Assembly (NCBI GenBank): GCA_038496445.1
Contig: JALMLS010000143.1
Span: 186,001-250,000, forward strand
DNA length: 64,000 bases
Direction of reading: 5' to 3'
DNA from: Trichosphaerium sp. ATCC 40318
Taxonomy: Eukaryota > Protista > Tubulinea
The translations under genes and the position numbers were made by a program. Below, one piece after another: positions 13,444 to 26,156 of the stretch. Every line of letters starts with the position of its first letter. Position 1 is the stretch's first letter. Under the pieces are notes generated by a model that was not told the DNA's origin, made no database searches, and saw nothing but the letters and a program-made list of their open reading frames with translations.

Positions 13444-13819
13444 CACTTTTTTCAAAAAATATAAATTAATATTAAATAAACCATTGTATCTATTGCTCAA
13501 TAAGTCATTTACAGCTTATTCTATGACACCAGTAAGGCATACATTTGAGAAAAAACTCTTTAATAATAACAAAGCAAAGCCAAAACACGAAAAGAAATAA
13601 ATGAGCAATATCAAAAAAAAGCATAAAAATAAATCAAATTTCCTTAAAAAAAATCCATACCATTGACACGATAATTGCGTCATTGTTAAGATATCTCATG
13701 GATTATGATGCCATATTGTATATTTCGAGTGTAATTCTGTCTCAGTATCCATCAAAACGTGGTAAAGAAAACCTTTATAAAAATCGGTTTTATTATTTTG
13801 GTGTTTTTTATGACATTCG

Positions 13820-14946
13820 CTAGCATGACATATGACACCTTCTCTTCCTTACATTCATCTCCATCCCGTATTTAAAATACTTTGTAGTAACCAGTCTACC
13901 ATTAGGACTATATTGTTCGAAAACACCTTCTCTCTTACCATCAGAAAAAAACGATCTTTTTTTTAAAACACCCGTATCCCATTTCTTAACAAACTCTCCT
14001 TCGGCTTTACCATTAATAAAAAACCCTTCTTCTTTAACATGTCTCGTCATGTGCCAAGCAGTAAAAGCGCCAACACGCTTACCATCATTAAAATCGCATA
14101 CAACGCGTTTATTTCCGTTCCGAAACCATTCTTGATAAGGGCCGTGTTTATAACCGTGAAGGAAACTGAACTTTTTTTTTAAAATTCCGTTAGAATACCA
14201 TACCATGCATTGTCCGTGTTTCCTTCCATTCATATAGCCACATTGTACTTTTAAGAATCCTTCTGGTGACCAGTACTTCCATTTTCCGTGTTTTTGAAAT
14301 AAATAATTGAATCGTGAAGTCACTGCTGTGTGGACGCATAAAAGAGGCCATTGCTTGTACGACGCAGAGTGTACATCATATATCATGAGTTGTATCTCCA
14401 ATGGGAGCTGAAGTAACCTTGAAAAAAAAGAAAGAGTCACGCAGTGTTTGTAAACAAGAACTTCGTAAAAAAAAATATCACGTGTAGGTCACGGGATCAT
14501 CTTCATTTAGTAAGAGTTGTAAGTTTTGACCGAATACTACAAAAAAAAAAAAAGTTCTTTCGCGAAATGACACGTTATTTTTATTCGCAAACCACGTGTC
14601 TGAACTTTATCTGTTTTGTTTAATTCTAAACGCATGATAAAGATAAGAATGTGGTTAAAGGGTACCACTAGCGCGCATCAAAAGGGGATTAAGTCAAAAA
14701 AAGAAAAGTTCCTTTCGTTTTTTTTTTGTAATGACGCAATACTTGTTTCATACTCAACAAGCGTTGCTGGTACACGGAAAAGAATAAATATATCACGTAC
14801 AAGCATTCTGTTGTAGTAGGTATTTCGGCAATATGCCTCTCCTTTATTGGTTTTGATGGCGTGGTACTATCAGGATAGAACTGACCTGTTATCTGTGTGC
14901 ATATAAAATTACCGAAATATTCTATTGCCTTTGAAGCCATTGTCAT
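13820..14946 (-). CDS. F-box-like + MORN-variant repeat protein, 2 exons
   Basis: Exon 1 (ORF 14689-14946) splices in phase 2 (tt|gtacgt...tcaag|g) to give TECLLLQLPLEIQLMI; then about 6 HGxxxxWYxNGxL repeats. Confidence 0.85.
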
Positions 14947-15136
14947 TATTTGCGTTTTTATCTTTTAAATGGCCGTTGAAATATGAAAAAAAGGATAAGT
15001 TCCCCAAATTATCGCCTTGGTAAAGTTGAACAAAGGGATGCTCGCAAACTGCAAACTTAAAGTTAAAAGGTTGCCTTAATCCCAGAAGCACCCATTCTGC
15101 CCGTACTACCGTAAATACCTTGCACCTGTGTTCGTA

Positions 15137-15563
15137 ATGGCTAGTAATGTATTACGAACGCGAGTATTACGGTTATACAGGCAAACTATGAAGGACGCAA
15201 AGAAACTGCCAGGTAGGGCTAGCGTTCACTACACAGATTGGGTTAGACACGTAACGTCATAGTTTTAAGTAAATTAAGCTCAATAATTTGACACAGGACT
15301 TTAAACAAAACGCAGATATTGACCAACCATCTAAAATTGTACTGTGCATAAAATCAGCCAAAGATCAGGTCCTTTACGTGAAGAGCAAGGTAACTGCAAT
15401 AATCAACTGTCATATTGCTCATACGCGCTAGTTTGGTGTAGTGGATACGTCACAGCCAACGTACTTCTCCTCTCAAGCTACCTTCCCTGCGCAAGACATT
15501 AAAGAAGGCATGCCAGAAGGAGAGCGCGATTTGGACCCAGATGAAGACAATCTAGGCTATTAA
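15137..15563 (+). CDS. LYR-motif (Complex1_LYR) mitochondrial protein, 3 exons
   Basis: MASNVLRTRVLRLYRQTMKDAKKLP...WVRH/DFKQNADIDQPSKI...: LYR tripeptide, conserved F, acidic tail; both introns GT-AG and in frame. Confidence 0.85.
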
Positions 15564-15944
15564 CGGAAAAACTAATCGCCTGGAGGATTAAGTACATCTC
15601 GAAACTGCTCAAAACGTGTATAACCAAGTACTACATAAGCTACACCTCGTGGGACGCTATAAAAACAAAAAAGCGTACATAAAGTCAAAATCACTTGAAA
15701 CGTATCCGTAAACTCTAATAATCCGTGAAATACATCCACTGGTATTCTTAGCTCCGTAATACATTGAAATAAAGGAACAAAAAAGGCGCTGTGTATATTT
15801 CTGCAACCCTTTTTTTTTATTTACAACAAAGCCACTTAATACACCGCCTACGCGCGTAGATACCACCAGCGATCTTTTATAAAAAGCACGTGGTTTTTTG
15901 CACACTTTTTTTTTTTAACCGCTACTGGCCATCATTGTTTTTTG

Positions 15945-16205
15945 TTAGCTTGTTTTTACAAAGTCCAGACCTTGGCGCATTCCAGGAGTCGATAGATAGT
16001 TAAAAAGGCAATCTTCGTGAATAAACCCAACCCTAAAGTTCCTTGCGTTATCTACAACTTCATACACTGCTTGTGATAGTCGGGCACTAGCGCAAGAAAG
16101 ACAAACTCCTCCTGCGGTGTGATGTGGTTGTTTTGATGTACAAAGCTTCTTTGTCATTGTGTTTCTAGTATCGATAGCTTCTTTCCTCGATCGTTTCCTC
16201 GACAT
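15945..16205 (-). CDS. Small intronless orphan ORF with basic N-terminus and C-x2-C...H-x2-C motif
   Basis: MSRKRSRKEA...VCLSC...FIHEDC, 86 codons from ATG 16205; no family recognised. Confidence 0.45.
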   Translation of the reverse strand: MSRKRSRKEAIDTRNTMTKKLCTSKQPHHTAGGVCLSCASARLSQAVYEVVDNARNFRVGFIHEDCLFNYLSTPGMRQGLDFVKTS

Positions 16206-16414
16206 TTTTAATAAATGTGGATACTCCGTTGACCGGATCATTGCTCGAATGCACTTGCACCTCAGACAATATGGAAATGTCGAAAGTGTTGGCAATGGCC
16301 AATGGTGGACATGACGATTTAAGTATTGGATTAACGAATGGAGACTGGGATTGAGTCTGCCAAATTCAATGAAATTAAAATTATCTGTCTAGTTTGCTTG
16401 TTAACTGTAACAAC

Positions 16415-16687
16415 ATGAGTTTCCAAGGCCTTTCAATAGAGCAAGCGATTACATACTATCGTAACAACAACAATGAAGAACTAAGTAAAATCTTAAAAGA
16501 ACAACCAGAACAATTCTTAAAACAACTGGAAAGACTTGTAAACAACGAAAACACGTGTTTTCACAAAAAACTCGACGAACTCCTAAAACAATGCGCGGAT
16601 ACTGCCGCTAAGGCAAAAAAAGTACTAGCGCCACACTCTCCGAACCATACGGAGCCAAAAGGCTCACAACAAAAAAGGTACTGTTGA
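16415..16687 (+). CDS. Small intronless helical orphan ORF
   Basis: MSFQGLSIEQAITYY..., 90 codons, aac-ATG context, coiled-coil-like composition, basic C-terminus (QKRYC). Confidence 0.5.
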   Translation: MSFQGLSIEQAITYYRNNNNEELSKILKEQPEQFLKQLERLVNNENTCFHKKLDELLKQCADTAAKAKKVLAPHSPNHTEPKGSQQKRYC

Positions 16688-16830
16688 AACAACATAAAAT
16701 TGCAACACATGATAATTTTAACCTTTTTTTGAATCGCATTTTATTTCTTACACCTCAAAGTTGTACGATTTATTTTTAGCCACCAGCAAAGTGTGCATTG
16801 TATTTGTTACTGCAGGCTCTTCTTAAACTA

Positions 16831-18783
16831 ATGAAAAGTTATAGACAGTCAACGAAGAACAATATTGTTGATTTTCCTCCAGAAATTCTGTCAATTATTG
16901 TTCATCATACAAACTCAAACGATAGATTTGCTATCGCTCAATCATGTTCTTCAATGTCTCATATTATTCACGACATCACTGGATACGAAGAAGTTTATAT
17001 CCACAATGTTGAAGATTTGTATAAGATAAGCCAATACAAGGGCGTGTTAAGAAACACTTTTATTACGCTGAGAAAGTTGAGTGTTGTTGACAATTACTTT
17101 TCCTTGCTATCGGGGTGTCGATACCTTGATGTTGGGAACTACAAAGTATGTGATTCTGATGTTCAACAGCTTTCAGGCGTTCATACTATTAACTTGAGTG
17201 GTACCGAAGTCACAGATGTGGGTATTGAAGCACTGAAAGGTGTTCATACCATTAACTTGAATGGTACCGAAGTCACATATGTGGGTATTGCAGCACTACA
17301 AGGGGTTCATACCATTTACCTCAACAGTTGCTCAAATATATTCGATGAAGGAATTATTGCGCTCAGAGGTGTTCATACAATTAACCTTAATCGCACTTCA
17401 GTCACAGATGAAGGTATCAAGGCTCTTGCTGGCGTTCATACCATTCACCTATGCGAAACCGAGGTTACAGATGAAGGTATCAAGGCTCTTGCTGGCGTCC
17501 ATACAATTCATCTTAGCTTAACGTCGGTAAAAGATCTCGAAGCACTGCAAGGTGTTCACACCCTTCACCTTAACTATTGTATAGCAATATCTGACAAAGG
17601 AATCATTGACTTACAGGGTGTTCATACAATTTATCTTGGCGGTACTTCAATCACAGACGTAGGAATCAAGGCATTGAGAGGCGTTCATACTATTTACCCA
17701 AGCATTAGGGTAACAGATGAAGGCATTAAGGCGCTTCAAGGTGTTTATGCTATTGATCTTAGTGCTAATACGTACATATCAGATCAAGGGATTAGCGCAT
17801 TAGCAGGTGTCCATACAATTAACCTGAATGCCACTGATGTCACAGATGTGGGTCTTGAAGCACTGAAAGGTGTTCATACCATTCACCTTAATGCCACAAC
17901 AGTGACAGACAAAGGTATAACCGCATTACAAGGAGTCAAAAACATTTCCCTTAGTCACACTTCAGTGACAGATGAAGGCATCAAAGCACTTGCTGGTGTA
18001 CATACTATAGACCTTGAACATACCGAAGTAACAAATGAAGGCATCAAAGCGCTAAAGGGTGTTCATTCAATAAGCATTAAAAATTGTTCAATAGTGACGG
18101 ATGTCAAAGCACTTGCTGGTGTTCACACCATTGACCTTTCTTTTGCTGGTATTGCAGATGACAGTCTTAAAGCGCTCGCAGGCGTTCACGCAATTTCCCT
18201 TTGTGGATGTAAAAGCATAACAGATGACGGAATCAAAGCGCTAAGAGGTGTTCATACAATTAATCTTAATTTCACTTCAGCCACAGATGAAGGTGTCAAG
18301 GCTCTTGCTGGAGTTCATACTATTCGCCTATGCGAAACTGGGGTTACAGATTTAAGTCTCAAGTCACTAACAGATGTTCATACCATTGATCTCTCCCACA
18401 CTTTAGTGACAGATGAGGGTATTAAACTGTTAACAGTTGTACATTCCATTAATGTTGCATACACTGGTATCACAAATGAAGGTGTCAGAGCTCTAACACA
18501 TGTACATACACTTGGGATACGTAATTGCGTACATGTAACAGATGAAGGTGCGAAAGTACTTAAAGGTGTTAAATTTATTGACATTTATGGTACATCCTGT
18601 ACACCTAGTATCTTCAAAGAGCTCTATGCTGTTACTTTTGTTTCAGATAGTGAATTCATAGATAATTACTTCAAGGAGGAATACCTGTTTTACCTCGAAC
18701 CACCAGAGAAGGGATATCACTCTCAGAGCGCTAATTATCCAATGTCACAAGACAGGATTCACTTTAATAATGATGATTTGTAA
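16831..18783 (+). CDS. F-box + about 22 LRR (GVHTIxLxxTxVTDEGIKAL) protein, intronless
   Basis: IVDFPPEILSIIVHH...FAIAQSCSSM F-box-like motif, then 22-23 aa repeats. Confidence 0.92.
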   Translation: MKSYRQSTKNNIVDFPPEILSIIVHHTNSNDRFAIAQSCSSMSHIIHDITGYEEVYIHNVEDLYKISQYKGVLRNTFITLRKLSVVDNYFSLLSGCRYLDVGNYKVCDSDVQQLSGVHTINLSGTEVTDVGIEALKGVHTINLNGTEVTYVGIAALQGVHTIYLNSCSNIFDEGIIALRGVHTINLNRTSVTDEGIKALAGVHTIHLCETEVTDEGIKALAGVHTIHLSLTSVKDLEALQGVHTLHLNYCIAISDKGIIDLQGVHTIYLGGTSITDVGIKALRGVHTIYPSIRVTDEGIKALQGVYAIDLSANTYISDQGISALAGVHTINLNATDVTDVGLEALKGVHTIHLNATTVTDKGITALQGVKNISLSHTSVTDEGIKALAGVHTIDLEHTEVTNEGIKALKGVHSISIKNCSIVTDVKALAGVHTIDLSFAGIADDSLKALAGVHAISLCGCKSITDDGIKALRGVHTINLNFTSATDEGVKALAGVHTIRLCETGVTDLSLKSLTDVHTIDLSHTLVTDEGIKLLTVVHSINVAYTGITNEGVRALTHVHTLGIRNCVHVTDEGAKVLKGVKFIDIYGTSCTPSIFKELYAVTFVSDSEFIDNYFKEEYLFYLEPPEKGYHSQSANYPMSQDRIHFNNDDL

Positions 18784-19487
18784 GCATTAAGATTTACAAC
18801 TAGTTACCAAATGATCCAATAAACACTACCCTCAATAAATAGTTATGTACTCCCACCTACCGAGTTAAAAAATGTGAAACCAACAGACTGATCAATACAA
18901 GCTATCAAACAGGTACGTCTACTTTCGGTAAACCTTGATACCTGCTCAAGGTTTACCTAGACGACTCAAGGGCACTGGCGCTCGCATGGGCTTCGCGTGT
19001 AGGTTGAATAAAAGAATCTTGTATTCACACGAACAAAAAAGAGTTACGTACTGCCCCCTTATTCTACTCGGCACTACCTTAATTGATTTTTCGCTTCTAT
19101 CGCCTCTACTACGCTTATTTTCGAAATAGTACATGTTATCACTATAGTAATCGAACGTGTAAGACGGTCCAAGGTGACTAAAAACGTCTCAAAGATTCTT
19201 CGAAATCCGGTAGTTAACAATCAACAATTTCATAGTTTTTTCCGGAGAAACTGTCGCAAAAGCGATGCTGCCCGTACAAAAACGGCCCGCCAATGATCGC
19301 TTTTCTCTTTTTCTAAGCAGGTTGTTACTGGTACGATAATCTGATTTGTCAAATTCCGTAGTCGAACAAAAATAGCCCTACATTTTCTTTGACTTTAAGT
19401 CACCACATACAACAGTCTAAAGAAACGTTTCAACTGACGTACCATACTGAACTGTGCTCATAAGCGCCGATAGTTATATCAGAGGAT

Positions 19488-21329
19488 ATGGAGGACATTA
19501 TTTCTCAAGAGCAGGAGAAGGGAGAAACGTTGGTGCTCTACATATAAAATTAACTCAAACCGCCTTTAGACAGCCTGAAATACTTGATTCAGAGCATTTC
19601 ATAGTATTTACAGGCTCCGCAACTAATATTAGAATAAAAAGTACCGCAATCCAGTCGTTTTCAGCCTGTGTAGGTCACAGTCAACTACGTGATCTCTTAC
19701 ACTTCTCTGGAGGTACGTTTAAAGAATTCATCGAATAAAACTAACTCTAAAAGACAACAAACACCTGTACTTCATTAGGAATATTAGCTTTAGCAACAGG
19801 AGGTTGAGCAAAGTTAATTTACAAACAAAAAAGGTGATCATGATCAAACACTTAAATTGAAACTTCCTATTAACTCCTACAGGTCACTGATATTCCAACT
19901 CCTATACGCCATATTGTCGCAATTACTGCAAAACACGGGTTTATAGGTGTGGCTAGTCATACCAATTTTATTGTTCTTAGAGAGCATGACATGAAGTATG
20001 CTTTATTATTATTTCTTGTTTTTCTAAAGGCTGAGAGTGGATTACCAACTGTTCTTTTAGGATAGTGTTCAATACAAAAGAAATACAATCTACATGTGAA
20101 TCAATAGGTGGTATTAAATTGCATATGTCTGGTGTGGATACAGATACACCTCGACTTTTCTTGTTTCTTTCTTGTAATGGTCGCTTCATCCACTGTACAT
20201 TTTTTTTCTTTTATGAGCTACAACCTATCTTTATACTTTCATTCTAATTTTCTTGGTAGTGTTTGAAATAAAGAATGGTGTTAATGGAATAAATGTTATA
20301 ACGATGGACAAGATAAGGGTTGGAAAGAGCACCAATAATATTACTTTCGGTACTGACAAGTACGCTTCGTTTATGGTAAGAGTTTTTAGAATAAAAGAAA
20401 AAAAACAGCTTTAATCATCACGTGTGTTACGACTGAAGTGATACATAGATGGCTTCATGTGATAACATGAAGGCTAATAAAATGTGGCTTTATGAAGACC
20501 CAGTGGGAACATGGGAAACGATAAAAACCGATATGTTTAAAGACATTGTAACGGAGTATTATCGGCGTGATAGTATGATGGGATCATGGATTCCAGGCAC
20601 ACCTTACTGCAGTATTGGGTATACACTGTTTCTTCATTGCAACTTAAGCTTACTTTTTCTGTAAGTACTGATAGTGGAGTCTTTGCAGTATACAATTTTG
20701 AAACAGGAGAACAAGAAGCTCTTTTTCATGTACCTAAAAAACTATTTTGCCTTGAAAATATCTAATACTTTATTTAAGCATGTCGGTCCTGTTCGATGTA
20801 TCGCTTGCTGTCCTAACCCTAAAGTGCCAGGTACAAAGTGTTTGATATTTTGAAAAAAAAGTAATCACATGTTCAACGTCTTACCAACCTCTTTCACAGT
20901 GCTCGTTTATGGTTATAACAACACCATAAGTTTTGTTGAGGTTGGTACCTGGAAGCAGAAATCTATCCTACTCAAGTCTTCAAATGGCATATGTGGTATA
21001 GCATGGAAAGATGATGGTAGCACTCTTTGTATAGGTAAAATGGGGTTTGATCAAATCAATCGTTGTTAAGGCAACACTAACTAATATTGTAGCATACACA
21101 AATATTTTGATTGAGTATGATATTCAAGTTGGTATCAAAAGTCTGAAGGACACGTGCATAGATTTTATAGCTAAAACAAACAAAAATAATAATTGGGATC
21201 TTAAAAGTTTACCTAATGTAAGCGCTTCACAATTCATGGGTTTTTAGAATTTAATTGGGTGTTTTTTAGGATTTGGAACTACTTGCTAATGAATGTGTAC
21301 AAAAACTTCACTACAAAACAGTCACTTGA
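19488..21329 (+). CDS. WD40-like beta-propeller protein with C-terminal BC-box/SOCS-like motif, multi-exon
   Basis: Spliced MEDIISQEQ...VGHSQLRDLLHF; HVGPVRCIACCPNP; ICGIAWKDDGSTLCI; tail IKSLKDTCIDFIAK...LKSLPNDL. Confidence 0.7.
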
Positions 21330-21857
21330 ATAAAAGCAATCCTGAATGTTGTATTTCTCATATGGGAACAAACTATGGTATATATTCCACTAAATAAAAG
21401 CGTAGTAGCCAAACTTTCAGTACATAAACATTGACAAACAATATTTTTCTCGCTGTTTCAGAGCCTTACTTTCTTGACAACCTTTTTGCTTTGCAATTTG
21501 ACAACACGACTGACTAAACACGTGACTAATAATTTTGTATTTCCAAAGTACAGCGAGAGCAAGCTTTCACTATAAACAGGGCTGTGGGCTGTGGAAAAAA
21601 GAAGAAGAGCAGTAGTATCTTTTCAGTCTGAGTTTTTTTTTAATTTTAAGTTTACAATACGTTAGGTGTATCTCCAGGATAAATACATTTCTCATTCTGT
21701 TATTAAAGGCGTCCCTTTTGTATAACAGAACTTTTTTTTGGTGGGAGATAAATTACAGGCCCTGGTGGTTGGTTGTGGGAAAAAATGGGTTTCGTATCAA
21801 GATAGTTTTTTTTTTCAAAGTTGTCTTTTTTTTGGCTTTAGCACCGTGCAGATCAAA

Positions 21858-24800
21858 TCAAGCATAGTTGTATGTGTTATCCATTATCTGCTGTAGTATA
21901 TATCGCATACTTTTAGGATCATCCAAAGAGTCTGAACGGAGTCTCGCCTTTGAGATTATATCTGTGTTTTTTGACAACTTTGATTTTATACGTGCTATTT
22001 GTTCTGCTTCATCATCCGCAGCTGAATGAAGTATTATAGGTACTTTTGTGGCATTATATGTTCCACTTGATCTTATCATTGCCTCAGCTGTCTGACCACC
22101 AACGCGAGGCATATTCAGGTCCTAAAATGAGAACGGTAAGAAAAAAAAAAGATCCAAAACCCGAAAATACTTACCAGAAAAATAACGTCGTAGACCCCAC
22201 TCTTAAACAGCTCAACTGCCTCATCTCCATCCTTCGCTATGTGATGTTCGCAGTCATACGTCCTCAATAAGTTGCTGAACAAGAACCGAGTCGTTGGATC
22301 ATCATCTAGAAGGAAGATAAGTTGACGTCCGAAGAGATATCAAAAAAAAAGATGAGTTTTTGTCTTACCAGCAAAAAGAACTCTTAGTTTGATACTTTCA
22401 TTTGACCTCTTGATTATTGCCCTCCGCAGTTTTAATATACCTGTAGGAGATGTTTTACTTCGTTTAGATATCATCGGAGACTTTTTGACTGTTCCTATTC
22501 CGGAATTTCTCGGACTTTTGCCAAAGTCGTATCCAAGATTTTTAACAACAACGTAAAAGGCGAGCGTAGATCCTTTTCCTTCTCCTTCACTTGAAGCCCA
22601 TATTTTACCATTCATCTCAGCTACCAAGTCATGTGTAATATGAAGCCCAAGACCTTTCACAAAATGAGTTATCTGAACAACTTTATGAATTTTATTTTCT
22701 AAAAATAAACGATGCGGTTTGTTTGGTGTTTTTTTTTCTCTTTTGTACGAACCTGTGCCAATATGACCAGATGTTTGTTCCCCTTGAAAGAATGCTTGGA
22801 ACACTCGTGATAAATTATTTTGGCTCATTCCAGCACCAGTATCCTTTACGGAAACGTAGAGAAGTTGATGGTTTGATTTTTTTATGTGTCTTTTTGAAAC
22901 CTGTGAAGTATTCTGTCTCTTGAAGTGTTTATCAAAATAATCTTTAGAATAAAGGCCCGTATCCAAGTTATCACCCAAACCCCTCAACTCGCACGATACA
23001 TTTATAGACCCTTAAAAAAAAAGGTCAAAAAAAAAAAAAAGAAAAACAAGAAAACACGTTGTATTTGTTGGTTTTTGTCATTTACCTTTCCTTGTGAATT
23101 TCCACGCGTTCGATACCAAGTTCCTTATACACTGAAGAAGCTTTGTTCTGTCTGCTATCAATCTCGTATTCTTTAAGGTCTTGGATATGCTCAAATTGAT
23201 AGAAACATTCTCGCTCGGTACTTTGTCTTGAGGACAAACAGTACGTAATTTAAATAAGTCCAACATATGTTCTATTGCCTATATTTCCGGTTAGGCTATG
23301 CACGATTTAAAAAAATACAACTAGATCCACACAAACATCCAAACGACAATAAAAACGTTTAACGTGTTCTCGAATGATTTTCTGAAAAAAGGAGAAGCAC
23401 GTGCACAAATGAAATCGGAGGAGTTTTTTTTCTTTCTTTCTTTTTTGGTAGGTTACCTCGGAGAGATCAAACGTCTCATAGTTAAGACGCATATAGTTTG
23501 TTTGCATCTTACAATAATCAAGAACTTCGCTTGAAATATTGTGAACGTCTTCGCATGCTACCGCTAGTGTTTTTAATACAGCAATTTCAACTGGTTTTGA
23601 TTGGCGGAGATACTCCTGTACATGACAAAGTTAGATCTTACATCACGTGCGATATTCCTTCTTTAAATCTTTTTTACGGTTTACGTACCCTAAGAATACT
23701 GCTCATACTCATGAGTGGCCCTCTTATCTCATGTGTCACATGCTCAACGACTCGAGTTTTCATGCTAGGAGGTTTTGTGAGTCCAGGTTTTATTTTCTTT
23801 TTCTTGCTGTTTTTTTTTCAGAAAAGACCACAAAATTCCGGCGGTACTGGAGTTCTTTTTTTCACGTTCAGTGTATGTATGTGTGCGTACTCTAATTCTT
23901 TTGTGTAATGCGACACAGACTCGTTGAAGACTTGAGAGACCCTCACAAATGATGCAAGTATTAATATATCAGAGATAAGACCAATCGATAGTCGAAATGT
24001 GTCTTCATCTACCAAGAGAGCGAGTTGTGGTGGATACACGCATGGTGTATTCTTATTAATGTTGTATAATACAACCCTCAGTACAGCTAGATGAAATTAG
24101 AAGGAAATTATTACTCGGGCAATGACTTGACCCTTGTGAAACAAGAAAAAAAATTAGAAAAAGTTACGTGCCAGGAATACAACAGCCTATGATAAGCGCA
24201 GGTTTTCCTCCTTTTGTTGTTACGAATATAGGAATCAAAGCCCACCAAATGCTCACTGCACCATGTTGACATCCTGTTCCAATAGATAATGAACCAATAG
24301 CCATAGCAACCTGTAAAGAATTAGAATCTTTAATAGGATCAATTAAAGGTGTGTTCGTTTTTTGTAGAGTTTTTTTTGTACAAAGCTCGAAAAAAAAGTT
24401 GGTTGGAAAAAAAAATGGAATGTCGCTTGGCGACACGTGATAGTTTGAAGTCTTTTGCTATAATACGTACTATTACGTTGAATGCATTGACTTTGAATGT
24501 TTCGCTTAGGTGTTGTCTAATGCACAGTAGAACACAGCCAGAAAGGACAGCGAATGCGCATCCCACAACAGGAATTAATGCTGGTATCCATAAAAACGAT
24601 ATCACAAAGAATATCGTCTCAAATACTATCAAAACCAATAGTGCTTCTAACGAAGAGATATATATTAGTAAACGAAACCACGTGGATAACAAGTAAACAC
24701 TCGAAATTTTTTTTTGGGTTATTCAAAAAGGTTTACAGAATTGAAGGAAGGAGTCTGTCTATAGTGGTTAACTATACCCGGCGTAATAAACACACCGACC

Positions 24801-25182
24801 TCCAAGACGTTGTAATTTATCACAATCATCACGAAAAAGAAAAAGGAAAAACAAGGAGACGTATTGTTTCGTTCAAACAACAACGACTCAATGAACGAGG
24901 CGCTTTGAAAAAAAAAAAAGGTACGAAAATACGCATACCTGTTATAAACGTGCCACAATATTCTGATAGAAGCTGTTGTTGCTTGTTATGTATGCTTTCT
25001 AAACGCATTGAGCTTGTATGCGGACGGGAGTTATTTCTTTGCTCTATAGCACGTGAAGAATGGGTCACGCCTCGTGGTGACTCCGCATTCGTTTTCATTA
25101 TATTATTTAAGTCTGTTGAAGAAAAAAACTTTGCCCACAAAGTTTGCTTCTTGTTTGCTTTGCTTCGTCCAACAGTATCCAT
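21858..25182 (-). CDS. Multi-pass membrane hybrid histidine kinase (HisKA, HATPase_c, receiver), multi-exon
   Basis: H-box VTHEIRGPL; N-box LLQCIRNLVSNAWKFT; G1 VKDTGAGM; F-box motif VFQAFFQ; G2 GTG/LGLHIT; receiver LRVLFA/DDD...YDVIFL/DLNMPRVGG; several TM exons at 23900-24700. Confidence 0.93.
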
Positions 25183-26156
25183 TATTCACACGTAACCACT
25201 CGCAGTAGTTTTAGTATTCAAAACGGAGTTTCCCAAGCTGTTTGTTACAAGGACAGACCCTGTCTGTGAATCAAATATTATGGTTTTAGGCACCTTAATT
25301 AATACCATAAGTAACCCACGTGATTATTTTGAGAAGGGTTTTGCTACTTGATGTACTTTGGAGCTCTCTTGGTGGAAAAAAAAGCCCACACAACTCCAAA
25401 GCGTAGCTGTTATCTCCACGGGACCACCGGACACAAAAGATCCGCTCGTGCACCCGCGTGCTGTAGTTATTATGGTAATACTCACAAAAATGAACTTGTT
25501 TTTGGACAATTTGTTGTTGTCGTCATCGCAAATTCGCTTTATTTTAGACGCTTATGGCGATAGTGTCAGTATGGTGGTCAAATACATGCCTCTAACCCAC
25601 AAGGAGATTGATTTGTGCGCCTACATAAAGAGTGCACCTCAAAAATGCACAATCAAAGGCGAAAAAACACAGAAGAATTCTGTATTGTTTTCCTCTTTAA
25701 TGTTAATGCTTGGCATTGACCAACGAGCGGGTGGTATTTTCACAGCTTGTCACAGGAGTACGGTAACCTTTTCGGTCTATTAAAGCGCCTTTAGAGAACA
25801 AGCAAATTCCACTTTCTCTAACTGTCCTAGTTGCAATATTTAACTTGGGCGCTTGTTTGTGGTTCTCGCGGCGACGGTACTTCCTTTTCTCTCGCTCAAT
25901 AACTACGAGAGTTTTTATCACCCTCGTACTCGCTGTCTCCGTCAACGTTGGTAAAATTGGCAAGTGTACGAGTGTGAGTTTCTGCGTACAAGCCTTTGTG
26001 GTCTTTCTGCACGTAGTTTTAGTACGTACGCGAGTAATTACTGTAATTAAATTTGTTTGTAACTGTAGTTACTCTACTACCGCTCTTATTGCGTAGTTGA
26101 ATATGTATAGATGACTTACAGGTTTAATAGTTGGGATAATGGGCTGAGTAACAAAA

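Noticed and set aside
17170-18560. 66-69 nt periodic repeats as CRISPR array or satellite
   Set aside because: They are in-frame protein-coding LRR units without unique spacers.
25358-25783. 141-codon ORF between the His kinase and the repeat gene
   Set aside because: Non-ATG start, no motif, and it lies in a probable divergent promoter region.
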